Shown here: piece by piece, positions 26,692 to 35,441 of the stretch
Numbering within the stretch: position 1 is the stretch's first letter
Layout of the letters: every line of letters begins with the position of its first letter
NCBI GenBank assembly: GCA_963834625.1
Contig: CAWICM010000009.1
Coordinates: 426,706 to 490,705 of the forward strand
DNA: 64,000 bases
From: an uncultured Solirubrobacterales bacterium
GTDB lineage: Bacteria > Actinomycetota > Thermoleophilia > Solirubrobacterales > Solirubrobacteraceae
Direction of reading: 5' to 3'
Translations under genes and position numbers: made by a program
Notes under the pieces: generated by a model
The model's input: the letters and a program-made list of their open reading frames with translations, nothing else
Told to the model about the DNA's origin: nothing
The model's database searches: none

Positions 26692-28731
26692 ATGTCACAT
26701 TCACGCGCCCGCAGGCTGATCGCCTGCGCGTCAGCCATCGCCATGACCGTTCTCGTCCTGGGGGCGCCGGTCGCCAGCGCCCGAACGGGCCAGGGGCGGG
26801 CCGCCAAGACCAGCAAAGCCGCCCGCGTGTGGTTCCCGCGCGACGTGCTGGCGCTTCACTACGGCACCAACCTGGGCGCGGCGAACCCCTCGCAGGTGAT
26901 GCAGATCGGGATCGGTCTGAAGGATCCCCACCCGGCGCGGGAGGCCGCGCTCGAGAACGCCCTGCGCAATCCGGCCAACGCCCAATACCAGCGCTTCCTC
27001 ACCCCGGCCCAGTTCGACTCGCGCTTCGGCGTCTCCAAGGCCACGTACTCGCGCGTGCTGACGTGGCTTCGGAACGGCGGCGCGAAGGTGATCGAGACCG
27101 CCGGTGCCCGGAACTACGTCGAGATCTCGGCCACCGTCAAGCAGGTCGACGGCCTGTTCGGAACCCAGGAGAACCGCTATCGGGCCAAGGGCGTGACGTT
27201 CCTGGCCAACAAGTCGGCGCCGAGCGTGCCTGCGCGCATGGACATCCTGGCCATCGTTGGTCTGAACACGCTCGAGCATCCGACCACGCCGCTCGCGAAT
27301 GCCCACCGGGGCGTGCGGGCACCCGGATCCTCGGTGCTCGGCCTGCCGACCGCGCCCGCCCAGCTTCCGTCGATCCCGGGCGAGAGCACGCTGACCGGCA
27401 CGATCCAGAACGTGCTTGGCTCGCTGCCCGGCCTGCCCGGCGGCAACCCGCTGCACTCGCACCTGAGTGTTCCGGCGGTGTCGGCGCCGACGATCCCGGC
27501 CGAGCTCACCCCGCAGGACATGTGGTCGATCTACGACATGCCGTCGAACAACGAGGGCCAGGGCCAGTCGATCGCGATCATGGGCTCGGGCGACTCGAGC
27601 ACGACCGTCAAGGACCTGGCGATCTTCGAGTCCGAGCACGGCCTGCCCAAGGTGCCGGTCCAGGTCACCGACATTCCCAAGGACGGCGACTTCTCCGACA
27701 CGGGCGGCAACGTCGAGTGGGAGCTCGACACGCAGTCCTCGACCGGCGTGGCTCCCGATGTCAAGAAGGTCCACCTGTACTTCGCCCAGCACCTGGTCGA
27801 CCCCGACGTCGAGTCCGACTTCGTCAAGTGGGTCGACGATCCGAGCGGGCCCAAGCAGGCCAACGCGTCGTTCGGCGAGTGCGAGACCACGCCGGCCAAC
27901 GCGACGCTGGAGAGCACGATCCCGCCGCAGTTCAACAACAACGTGGACCAGAACGCGATGTACGGGACCGGCGCGCCCGACGCGCTCGAGCCGGTCGCCG
28001 AGCAGACGCTCGAGCAGGGCGTGCTCGAGGGCCGGACCCTGTTCGCCGCCACCGGAGACACCGGCTCCTCCTGCCCGGTGCTGGTCCTCGGCCCGGACCT
28101 GGGCGCCGGCAATGGCGTGGCCAACCAGGGCGTGCCGATCGTCAACTACCCAGCTGCCAGCCCGAACGTGGTCGCGGTCGGCGGCACCGTCCTCTACCCC
28201 GACGGCGGCAATCCCCCGCAGCGGGCGGTCGAGTACCCGTGGCCGTACACGGGCGGTGGCCAGAGCTTCTTCATCCCAGAGCCCGCGTTCCAGGCGGGTG
28301 ATTCGGCGGTGAACCGGCCCTGCGTGTCGGATGTGAGCGGCAACCCGAACACCTCGGGGGTCACCTGCCGGGGCATCCCGGACGTGGCCGACGAGTCGGG
28401 CGACATCGCCACCAGCTCCTACGACATCTACAGCGACGAGCTCGGCGGCGCCTCGAGCGAGGGCGGCACGAGCCTCTCCTCGCCGCTGATGGTGGGCATG
28501 TGGACGCGGATCCAGGCGGCCTCGAAGCGTGGAACCGGTTTCGCAGACCCGGACATCTACCGGATCGCCGAGAACGCCACCGACTACGCCCGCGACTTCA
28601 ACGACTACGAGGCGGGGACCAACGGCGCCTACCAGGCCCTACCCGGGTGGGACTACGTCTCGGGCTGGGGCACCCCGGTGCTCGCGCCGTTCATGACCGA
28701 CGTGGACGGCCGCACCGCCCCGGTTCGCTAA
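26692..28731 (+). CDS. Secreted S53 (sedolisin/kumamolisin) peptidase with activation prodomain
   Basis: Prodomain YQRFLTPAQFDSRFG, EWELD (E-x3-D), ATGDTG, PDVA, GGTSLSSP and GWDYVSGWG. Confidence 0.93.
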   Translation: MSHSRARRLIACASAIAMTVLVLGAPVASARTGQGRAAKTSKAARVWFPRDVLALHYGTNLGAANPSQVMQIGIGLKDPHPAREAALENALRNPANAQYQRFLTPAQFDSRFGVSKATYSRVLTWLRNGGAKVIETAGARNYVEISATVKQVDGLFGTQENRYRAKGVTFLANKSAPSVPARMDILAIVGLNTLEHPTTPLANAHRGVRAPGSSVLGLPTAPAQLPSIPGESTLTGTIQNVLGSLPGLPGGNPLHSHLSVPAVSAPTIPAELTPQDMWSIYDMPSNNEGQGQSIAIMGSGDSSTTVKDLAIFESEHGLPKVPVQVTDIPKDGDFSDTGGNVEWELDTQSSTGVAPDVKKVHLYFAQHLVDPDVESDFVKWVDDPSGPKQANASFGECETTPANATLESTIPPQFNNNVDQNAMYGTGAPDALEPVAEQTLEQGVLEGRTLFAATGDTGSSCPVLVLGPDLGAGNGVANQGVPIVNYPAASPNVVAVGGTVLYPDGGNPPQRAVEYPWPYTGGGQSFFIPEPAFQAGDSAVNRPCVSDVSGNPNTSGVTCRGIPDVADESGDIATSSYDIYSDELGGASSEGGTSLSSPLMVGMWTRIQAASKRGTGFADPDIYRIAENATDYARDFNDYEAGTNGAYQALPGWDYVSGWGTPVLAPFMTDVDGRTAPVR

Positions 28732-28736
28732 TCGCC

Positions 28737-28775
28737 GGCTCGAGAAACGTCCCGCATGAGGACGTTTCTCGAGCC
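28737..28775. terminator. Perfect 16-bp hairpin between convergent genes (bidirectional terminator or REP-like element)
   Basis: GGCTCGAGAAACGTCC-CGCATGA-GGACGTTTCTCGAGCC. Confidence 0.7.
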
Positions 28776-28777
28776 CC

Positions 28778-29485
28778 CTATGCCCAGCGGAAGGTTTTCG
28801 GGGCTTTTCGCATGCGGATCAGCCGGGCGGGGATCCCTGCGGCGACGGCGTTCTCGGGGATGTTCGCGGTGACGACCGCGCTCGTGCCGATCACCGAGTT
28901 GTCGCCAACCGACACGCCGCGTAACAGACACACCCCATAGCCGATCCACACGTTGTGGCCGACGTTGACGTCGCGCTTGTAGATCCCCTGATCGCGGATC
29001 GGGCGCTCCACCTCGACCATCCCGTGATCGAAGTCGATCATCATCACCCGGTCGGCGATGATGCACTCGCGCCCGATCGACACGTGCTGGTAGGCCGAGA
29101 TGGTGCACTCCTGGCCCATCACGGACTTCGCGCCGAGCGCGAACTCACCCTCGTGGACGCGGATCTTGCAGCGGTGGCCGATCCACGACCAGCGCCCGAG
29201 CCTCACCCGCGCGTGCGGGCCGATCTCGAACTTGACCCCAGGGCAGACGAAGCACAGCCCGTCGGTCTCCAGGCGCCCTCGCCAGCGGAGCTTCAGCCAG
29301 GCCCAGCGCGCGATCAGCAGCGCATATCCCGGCCTCAGCATGTGATGCTCGCGCGCGAAGCGCAGGAAGGTCAGCGGCCCGCCGTGCAGGGGCGGGGGGC
29401 CGGACCGGACCGCGGGCGGCACGGCGACCGGGACGCTGCGCTGGAGTTGCTGCTCGGTGGCAGAGGGGATCTCGGTGGCCGCCAC
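28778..29485 (-). CDS. Hexapeptide-repeat acyltransferase (resembles mycobacterial Rv3034c)
   Basis: Left-handed beta-helix repeats, DFDH...PIRDQG, VWIG and AAGIPAR. Confidence 0.9.
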   Translation of the reverse strand: MAATEIPSATEQQLQRSVPVAVPPAVRSGPPPLHGGPLTFLRFAREHHMLRPGYALLIARWAWLKLRWRGRLETDGLCFVCPGVKFEIGPHARVRLGRWSWIGHRCKIRVHEGEFALGAKSVMGQECTISAYQHVSIGRECIIADRVMMIDFDHGMVEVERPIRDQGIYKRDVNVGHNVWIGYGVCLLRGVSVGDNSVIGTSAVVTANIPENAVAAGIPARLIRMRKAPKTFRWA

Positions 29486-29505
29486 GGCGGCATCGTACCC
29501 CTGGC

Positions 29506-30486
29506 ATGATGTTCGGCGTAGGGATGCCCGGGGTCGACGAATCGCTTGCTCAACGCCTCCTCGCCGGTGATCGCCGGGCGCTCGCGCGAGGCATCTCGCT
29601 GGTCGAGAATGACGACCCCGAGGGATGGGCGCTGGTCAAGGAGGTCTATCCGCGCACCGGCCGCGCCGCGGTGTTCGGCTTCACCGGGCCGCCCGGGGCG
29701 GGCAAATCCACCCTGCTCGGCGCGCTGATCAAGCTCGAGCGGGCACGCGAGCGGACCGTCGCGGTGCTCTCGATCGACCCCACCTCTCCGTTCACCCAGG
29801 GCGCCCTGCTCGGCGACCGCATTCGCCTGACCGACCACTTCCTGGACCCCGGCGTGTTCATCCGCTCGATGGCCAGCCGGGGCGCCCTGGGCGGGCTGAG
29901 CGAGGCCTCGCTCCAGGCCGCACTGCTGATGGACGCGGCCGGCCGCGATGTGATCATGCTCGAGACCGTGGGGGTGGGCCAGGCCGAGGTTGACATCATC
30001 GACCACGCCGATACGGTCGTTCTCGTGTTGATGCCAGGGTCGGGGGATTCGATCCAGGCCCTCAAGGCCGGCGTGATGGAGATCCCCGACGTGATCGTGG
30101 TCAACAAGGCAGACCACCCGCTGACGGACACGATGGTGCGCGAGATCAAGAACGTGCTGGCGCTGGGACCCCAGGAGGGCTGGAAGGTGCCGATCGTCAA
30201 GACCGAGGCGGTCCGGGCTGAGGGGATCGAGGAACTGGCCGAGAAGCTGGCCGAGCATCACGCCTACGTGGAGGCCGAGGGAACGCTGTCCGAACGCCGG
30301 CGGCGTAACCTCATGAACGAGGTGATCGGGCTGGCCGCCTACCGCATGCGCCGCGAGCTCGAGGCCTCGATCCGGGACGATCCGGAGGTTCAGGCGCTGC
30401 TCGACCGCGTGGTGGCGCGCGAGATCGATCCGGCCAGTGCCGCGACGACCGTGCTCGAGCGCCGGGCGCAGGAGTTGGCGCGGTGA
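29506..30486 (+). CDS. meaB: Acyl-CoA mutase-associated GTPase chaperone MeaB/ArgK
   Basis: GPPGAGKST, GGL, IDPTSPFTQGALLGDRIR, ETVGVGQ and NKAD. Confidence 0.95.
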   Translation: MMFGVGMPGVDESLAQRLLAGDRRALARGISLVENDDPEGWALVKEVYPRTGRAAVFGFTGPPGAGKSTLLGALIKLERARERTVAVLSIDPTSPFTQGALLGDRIRLTDHFLDPGVFIRSMASRGALGGLSEASLQAALLMDAAGRDVIMLETVGVGQAEVDIIDHADTVVLVLMPGSGDSIQALKAGVMEIPDVIVVNKADHPLTDTMVREIKNVLALGPQEGWKVPIVKTEAVRAEGIEELAEKLAEHHAYVEAEGTLSERRRRNLMNEVIGLAAYRMRRELEASIRDDPEVQALLDRVVAREIDPASAATTVLERRAQELAR

Positions 30487-30971
30487 GCGCGGCGCTCGCG
30501 CCCCCGTTCCTGGTGGCCGCGCTGCTCGTGTGCGTCGCCGGTGCACTCAAGCTCCGCTCCCCGGATCGCGCCGCGGCGGCGTTCCGGACGTCTCCCTGGG
30601 CGATCCGTGGGCTGGCCGTCGTCGAGGTGGCGCTCGGAGTCGTATGCGTGCTGGCCCCGACCCGGCCGCTCGCGGTCGCGCTGGCGGTGCTCTACGGCGC
30701 CTTCTCGGTCCTCGCCGTCACCCTCATGCGTCGTGGCGTCCCTTGCGGGTGCTTTGGAGATAACGACTTACCGGTGTCGCTCGCCCACGTCATCGCCAGC
30801 GAGCTACTGGGCGTGCTGGCCCTCGGCGCGGCGCTCACCGGTCCGCGCAGCCTCGGGTGGGCGCTGGACCAGCCGGCGGCGCTCCTCGTCGGGATCGCGG
30901 GGGCGCTGTACGCCACCCTGCTCGTGTACACGCAGATGCCCGCGGCGTGGGCGGCGTGGAGCGGCGAATGA
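30483..30971 (+). CDS. MauE/DoxX family membrane protein
   Basis: Hydrophobic helices, GALK near the N-terminus and the GVPCGCFG motif. Confidence 0.85.
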   Translation: MSAALAPPFLVAALLVCVAGALKLRSPDRAAAAFRTSPWAIRGLAVVEVALGVVCVLAPTRPLAVALAVLYGAFSVLAVTLMRRGVPCGCFGDNDLPVSLAHVIASELLGVLALGAALTGPRSLGWALDQPAALLVGIAGALYATLLVYTQMPAAWAAWSGE

Positions 30972-31579
30972 GCTTCGTTTCTCACGCCGGCGAGCTGCTC
31001 GCGCGGCGTACGTCCCGGCGCGGAGCGCTGGCGCGAGCGGCCGTGGCGGGCGCCGCCTTTGCGGTCGCCCCGGTCCGCTACCTGGTCCGCCCGGGCACGG
31101 CGTGGGCGGTTCTCCAGCCCACTGATTGCCCGCACGGCGCCAAATGCCGCGATGGCTACACCGCTTTTTGCTGCGAGATCGAGGACGGCAACAACGTCTG
31201 CCCGCCGGACACCTACATCGCGGGCTGGTGGAAGTGCACGAGCTACCGGGGCACCGGTCTGTGCGCCGGGCAGGGCGCGCGCTACTACATCGACTGCAAC
31301 CGGGTTCCCGGGACGGTGTTCCCGGGCGGCTGCCAGTGCGCGCATGGCGACTGCCACCACCGCGCTGTCGACTGCAACCACTTCCGCTACGGGCAGTGCA
31401 ACACGCAGATCGCCGGCACCACCGAGGTGGTCTGCCGGCTCGTGCTGTGCCGCAACCCGGCCACCGTCCCCGGCATGAACTGCAACGCAACCGAGATGGT
31501 CGACGACCGCACCTGCACGCACGACAACCCGTGTCTACAGGGTCTGGCCAAGCAGCTGCCCGGAGGAGGGGGCGCCTAG
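30968..31579 (+). CDS. Tat-exported Cys-rich protein resembling an amine dehydrogenase light chain (MauA-like)
   Basis: SRRGAL twin-arginine signal, 18 Cys in the mature part, and the pattern C.DG...CC...CPPDT..AGWWKC...YYIDC. Confidence 0.6.
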   Translation: MSFVSHAGELLARRTSRRGALARAAVAGAAFAVAPVRYLVRPGTAWAVLQPTDCPHGAKCRDGYTAFCCEIEDGNNVCPPDTYIAGWWKCTSYRGTGLCAGQGARYYIDCNRVPGTVFPGGCQCAHGDCHHRAVDCNHFRYGQCNTQIAGTTEVVCRLVLCRNPATVPGMNCNATEMVDDRTCTHDNPCLQGLAKQLPGGGGA

Positions 31580-31628
31580 CTGTGGTCGCCTCCGCAAATA
31601 CGCCCGCATTCGAGGTGCCCCCGGCGGC

Positions 31629-31694
31629 GCTGCGCTTTGTCCTCGGATCCTCACGTAGCTCTGCTACGCATCGGATCCTGCGTCCTCGCGCAGC
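31629..31694. repeat. Nested palindromic intergenic element
   Basis: GCTGCGC/GCGCAGC outer stem, paired GGATCC sites and an inner CGTAGC-TCT-GCTACG hairpin. Confidence 0.65.
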
Positions 31695-31714
31695 ATCCAC
31701 CGGTGACACCTCTC

Positions 31715-31747
31715 GGTGCGACCGTACTTACGGAGGAGACCACTAGT
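31715..31747 (+). repeat. 33-bp dispersed repeat, copy 2 (supplies the RBS and GTG of the mauD-like gene)
   Basis: GGTGCGACCGTACTTACGGAGGAGACCACTAGT. Confidence 0.85.
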
Positions 31748-32369
31748 GGTCGCCGTGGTGTCGGTCGAGACGGTGCTGCTCGTGCTGTTGGTCGTGCTCG
31801 TGGCGGCGCTCCTGCGCAGCCACGCCGAGATCCTCCGCCGGCTCGGCCCCGAGGGCGCTGCCGCGCCACGCCTGCCCGATCCGCCGGCTGGCGCCCGACC
31901 GGACACCGAGGCCCCCGAGATCGCCGGCGTCACCCCCACCGGGGACGCGATCAAGCTGAGCCTGAGCGGAACGCCGACCCTGCTCGCCTTTTTGAGCAGC
32001 GGCTGCACCAGCTGCGCCCGCTTCTGGGAGACGCTCTCCGATCAGCGCCTGCCCGATGGTCTGCAGCCGATGATCGTCACCCGCGGCCCCGATCGCGAGC
32101 AGCGCTCGAAGCTCCGCTCGATGGCCCACCCTGCCGTCCCCGTGGTGATGTCCTCCGAGGCCTGGGCGGACTACGCGGTGCCGGGCTCGCCCTACTTCGT
32201 CATGGTGCAGGACGGCGAGATCCGCGGCGAGGGCGTCGCCACGACGTGGGACGCACTCACCTCGCTGCTCGGCGATGCGGTCGAGGAACAACGCGGGATC
32301 GAGGAGCGGCTGGCCGCGGCGGGAATCGGACCAGACCATCCGAGCCTATTTCCGGGAGGACGCGTCTGA
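31746..32369 (+). CDS. Membrane-anchored thioredoxin-like protein (MauD-like)
   Basis: N-terminal TM helix, FLSSGCTSC (CxxC) and PGSPY (cis-Pro motif). Confidence 0.8.
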   Translation: MVAVVSVETVLLVLLVVLVAALLRSHAEILRRLGPEGAAAPRLPDPPAGARPDTEAPEIAGVTPTGDAIKLSLSGTPTLLAFLSSGCTSCARFWETLSDQRLPDGLQPMIVTRGPDREQRSKLRSMAHPAVPVVMSSEAWADYAVPGSPYFVMVQDGEIRGEGVATTWDALTSLLGDAVEEQRGIEERLAAAGIGPDHPSLFPGGRV

Positions 32370-33019
32370 CCGCGCTGATCGTCCTCGGCTGCTCGGCCTC
32401 GGTCACGGCCGCGGTCGCCGCCGCCTGGTCGCCCTGAGGCGAGTCGATGCTCGCGAGCATCACCCCGCTCGGCGAGCGGGGACGACATTCTCGGTGGGGC
32501 CTCACGGTGGGTGCGTTTCTGGTGAGCGCCACCGCGGCGGGCGTCGGCGCCGGGGCCATGCTCGGGATGCTCGGCTCGGTCGTGGTGCCGCCGCATGGCA
32601 CATTGCCGATGCTGCTCGTGGCGATCGCAGTCGCGGTCATCCTGGACGGCCTACCCCGCGCCGTACCGGGGCCTCGGCGCCAGGTCGATGAGCGCTGGCT
32701 CGACCGGTACCGCGGCTGGGTCTACGGCGTGGGCTACGGGGCCCAGCTGGGTCTTGGCGTGACCACGATCGTGTCGAGCGCGGCGACCTACGTGGCGGGA
32801 CTGGCCGCGTTCCTGACGGCGAACGCCGCGGGCGGCGCGATCGTCCTCGGCTGCTTCGGCGCGGTGCGAGGCCTCACTCCGCTGGCGGCCGCCGGCGTTC
32901 GGAACCAACGTCAGCTGCTCGAGTTCCACCGCGCCCTGGCACGGTGGCGCGTGCCGGCCCGATGGGCCGTCGTGGCCGCCCAGGCTGGGATGCTCGTCCT
33001 CGCGCTGGTGCTCTCGTGA
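32366..33019 (+). CDS. MauF/CcdA-like polytopic membrane protein, probable selenoprotein (in-frame UGA at 32435-32437)
   Basis: The upstream in-frame segment reads LTALIVLG...AAAWSP-U-GESMLASITPLGERG, where WSPC is the expected Cys motif. There is a GGAGG RBS and a CTG start overlapping the upstream TGA. The track calls only 32447..33019. Confidence 0.7.
32446..32461 (+). promoter_or_regulatory. Candidate SECIS hairpin for the MauF-like gene
   Basis: GATGCT-CGCG-AGCATC; the loop starts 15 nt after the UGA and has G at position 2. Confidence 0.5.
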
Positions 33020-33483
33020 CCGCGCTCGAGGCGCACGGGCTGCGGGTCGAGCTGCCGCGGGGCTGGAGCGGCCGGGTGTTCAAGCGCCCGGCGGGCGGCG
33101 CCACCCTCCACGCCGGCGACTTCCAGCTCCCGCTCGAAGACGGCGAGTTCGGCGATCGCAGCACCGCCGCGATGCCCGCCGGCGCCTCGTTCCTCGCGCT
33201 GACCGAGTATCGCCCGGGCAAGGGCCTCGCGCCCGGGCAGGGGCTGTTCGCCTCGCGCCTGGTGCCGACGACGCTCGATCCGACCGCGTTCAGTCCCCGG
33301 GGCCTTGCCCACCCACTCCCGGGCCAGCTGGGCGCGCAGCACTTCTTCACGACCGCCGGCCGGCCGTTCTGCCTGTACGTCGTGGTGTCAGGCCCCCGTT
33401 CGGAGCGCCGGCATCAGCTCGCCGTGCTCGGCCACGTGCTGCGCTCGCTGCGGATTCAGCCCGGGGCGAGCAAACCGGTGTAG
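33016..33483 (+). CDS. Hypothetical protein, last gene of the mau-like operon
   Basis: GTGA overlap with the upstream gene; no family recognised. Confidence 0.7.
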   Translation: MTALEAHGLRVELPRGWSGRVFKRPAGGATLHAGDFQLPLEDGEFGDRSTAAMPAGASFLALTEYRPGKGLAPGQGLFASRLVPTTLDPTAFSPRGLAHPLPGQLGAQHFFTTAGRPFCLYVVVSGPRSERRHQLAVLGHVLRSLRIQPGASKPV

Positions 33484-33983
33484 CGCGCGGCGTCGTGCCC
33501 GAGGACGCCGATGCACGGCGTCAGGTTGGTCCGCGTGCGGTTGACGTAGGTCGCGCTGATCGCGCTGGCCGTGTTCCCGGCGCTCGCCGTCACCCGCACC
33601 GTGATCCGGAACGGGATCTCCTGGCCGCGTGGATAGATCCGCCCCGAGCAGCGCAGCGGGGCGTAGAAGAGCCCGTTGCCGGCGTAGGTTCCCGGTCGGG
33701 TGAGGCCAAGTGTGAGCGTGTCGGAGCCCGTCGCCCGGCCGCGCACCAGCCGCACGGTGGCGCAGGGAGCGCTCACGCACTGCGGGGTGAACGTCCAGGT
33801 GCGCTCCACGAGGAGACCGGCGCGCTCGCCACGGACGTGGTCGGCCACGGTCACGGTGCCGCTCATCTGAAAGGTGCCCTTGGGTTGCGCCGGCGGATTG
33901 GGCGGCTGGGCTTGGGCCGAGGCGGCGATGACTCCGCCCGGGACGGCGATCGCGAGCACCGCGGCGAGGACGTGCCGGCTCAT
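33456..33983 (-). CDS. Secreted hypothetical protein
   Basis: C-terminal part of the track ORF 33456..34979; signal peptide MSRHVLAAVLAIAVPGGVIAASAQA; four Cys. Confidence 0.7.
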   Translation of the reverse strand: MSRHVLAAVLAIAVPGGVIAASAQAQPPNPPAQPKGTFQMSGTVTVADHVRGERAGLLVERTWTFTPQCVSAPCATVRLVRGRATGSDTLTLGLTRPGTYAGNGLFYAPLRCSGRIYPRGQEIPFRITVRVTASAGNTASAISATYVNRTRTNLTPCIGVLGHDAARYTGLLAPG

Positions 33984-34086
33984 CCCCCGAGGGCGCGGGC
34001 GAGGGCTCATGCCCCGAGGGCGCGGGCGAGGGCTCATGCCCCGAGGGCGCGGGCGAGGGCTCATGCCCCCAGCGCGCGGGCGATCA
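33979..34086 (-). repeat. 27-nt tandem repeat duplicating a stop/start (ATGA) junction
   Basis: CTCAT(G/C)CCCCGAGGGCGCGGGCGAGGG x3 at 33979, 34006 and 34033, plus the native junction at 34060. Confidence 0.9.
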
Positions 34087-35239
34087 CCATCTCCTGCACC
34101 TCGTCGGTGCCCTCCCCGATGGTGAGGATCTTGGCGTCGCGGTAGAAGCGGCACACCGGGTACTCCTCGATGTAGCCGTAGCCGCCGTGGATCTGCACCG
34201 CCTCGTCGGCGGCGCGGACGGCCAGTCGCCCACTCTTGAGCTTGGCCTGGGCCGCGGTCAGGCTGAAGTTGCGGCCCTGATCCTTGAGATAGGCGGACTT
34301 GTACACGAGCAACCGCGTCGCCTCGATCTCGGTCGCCATGTTGGCCAGCTTGCTCTGGATCGCCTGGTACTTGGAGATCGGCCGTCCGAAGGCGCGGCGC
34401 TCCTTGGCGTAGGCGAGCGCCTGGTCGAGCGCGCCCTGGGCCAGGCCGACGCCCATCGCGGCCACCCCGATCCGGCCGATGTCGAGCACGTGCAGGAACT
34501 GGCGGAACCCGGCCCCGCGGTTGCCCAGGAGGTTCTCCTCCGGCACGCGGCAGTCGTCGAAGCGTCAGCGGCCGGGTGTCCGAGGCGTTCCAGCCCATCT
34601 TTCGGTACGGCTCGCCCTGCTCGTAGCCGGGAGTGCCGTTGGGGACGATCAGGTTGGAGATCTCGCGCTCGCCGGCCGCGCGCTCGCCGCCCCGGCCGTC
34701 GCTCCCGCGCCCCGTGCCGGTGACCGCGGTGATCGCACGATCCCCGAGATGTCCGTCCCGGCGTTGGTGATGAACTGCTTGGAGCCGTTGATCACCCACT
34801 CTCCGTCCTCGAGGGAGGCCCGGGTACGCGTGTTCCCGGCGTCCGAGCCGGCCTCGGGCTCGGTCAGGCCGAAGGCACCGAGGACCTCGCCGCGGCACAG
34901 CCGGGGGAGCCACTCCTGCTTCTGCGCCTCCGAGCCGAACAGGTAGATCGGCTGGGTGCCGAGCGAGGTGTGGGCGCACAGCGTGATCGCCACCGAGGAA
35001 TCGACGCGGGTCAGCTCCTCCACCGCCAGCGCGTAGGCCAGCGAGTCGCTGCCGGCGCCGCCGTACTCCTCGGGGAAGGGGATGCCCATGAGGTCGAGCT
35101 CGGCCAGGCGGCGCACGATGTCGTAGGGGAACGAGTGCGTCCGGTCGAGCTCCTCGGCCACCGGCGCGATCTCCTGCTCGGCGAACTCGCGGACGGTTTG
35201 CTGCAGCAGGCGGTGCTGGTCGGGTAGATCGAATTCCAT
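34061..35239 (-). pseudogene. Acyl-CoA dehydrogenase with two compensating frameshifts (pseudogene or sequence error)
   Basis: The N-terminus (GAFGLTEPEAGSD, KQFITN) and C-terminus (YRDAKILTIGEGT) share a frame, while the middle (EISNLIVP...KMGWNAS) is in another. There is a 1-nt loss near 34738 and a 1-nt gain near 34562, and a stop at 34649 in the main frame. Confidence 0.85.
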
Positions 35240-35441
35240 GACTTCCGGATTCTCACACCCTCACGCCCCCGAGGTCCGGCTCGGTGAGCTGGCCGACGGC
35301 GGACTGGCGCCGGCGATCATGGCCATCGTCGAGCGCGGGGTGAACCGTCGCCCCGACCGGGCGCGCGCGCTCGAGATCGAGGTCGAGCTCCGGATGGAGG
35401 AGAGGGCTCTAGGGGTGCTTGGGATATTTCTGGGTCCATAG
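35238..35441 (+). pseudogene. Possible truncated ORF remnant running into a palindromic element
   Basis: Coding-like GC-rich sequence (LGELADGGLAPAIMAIVERG...LRMEE) switches abruptly near 35403 to an AT-richer hairpin. Confidence 0.4.
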
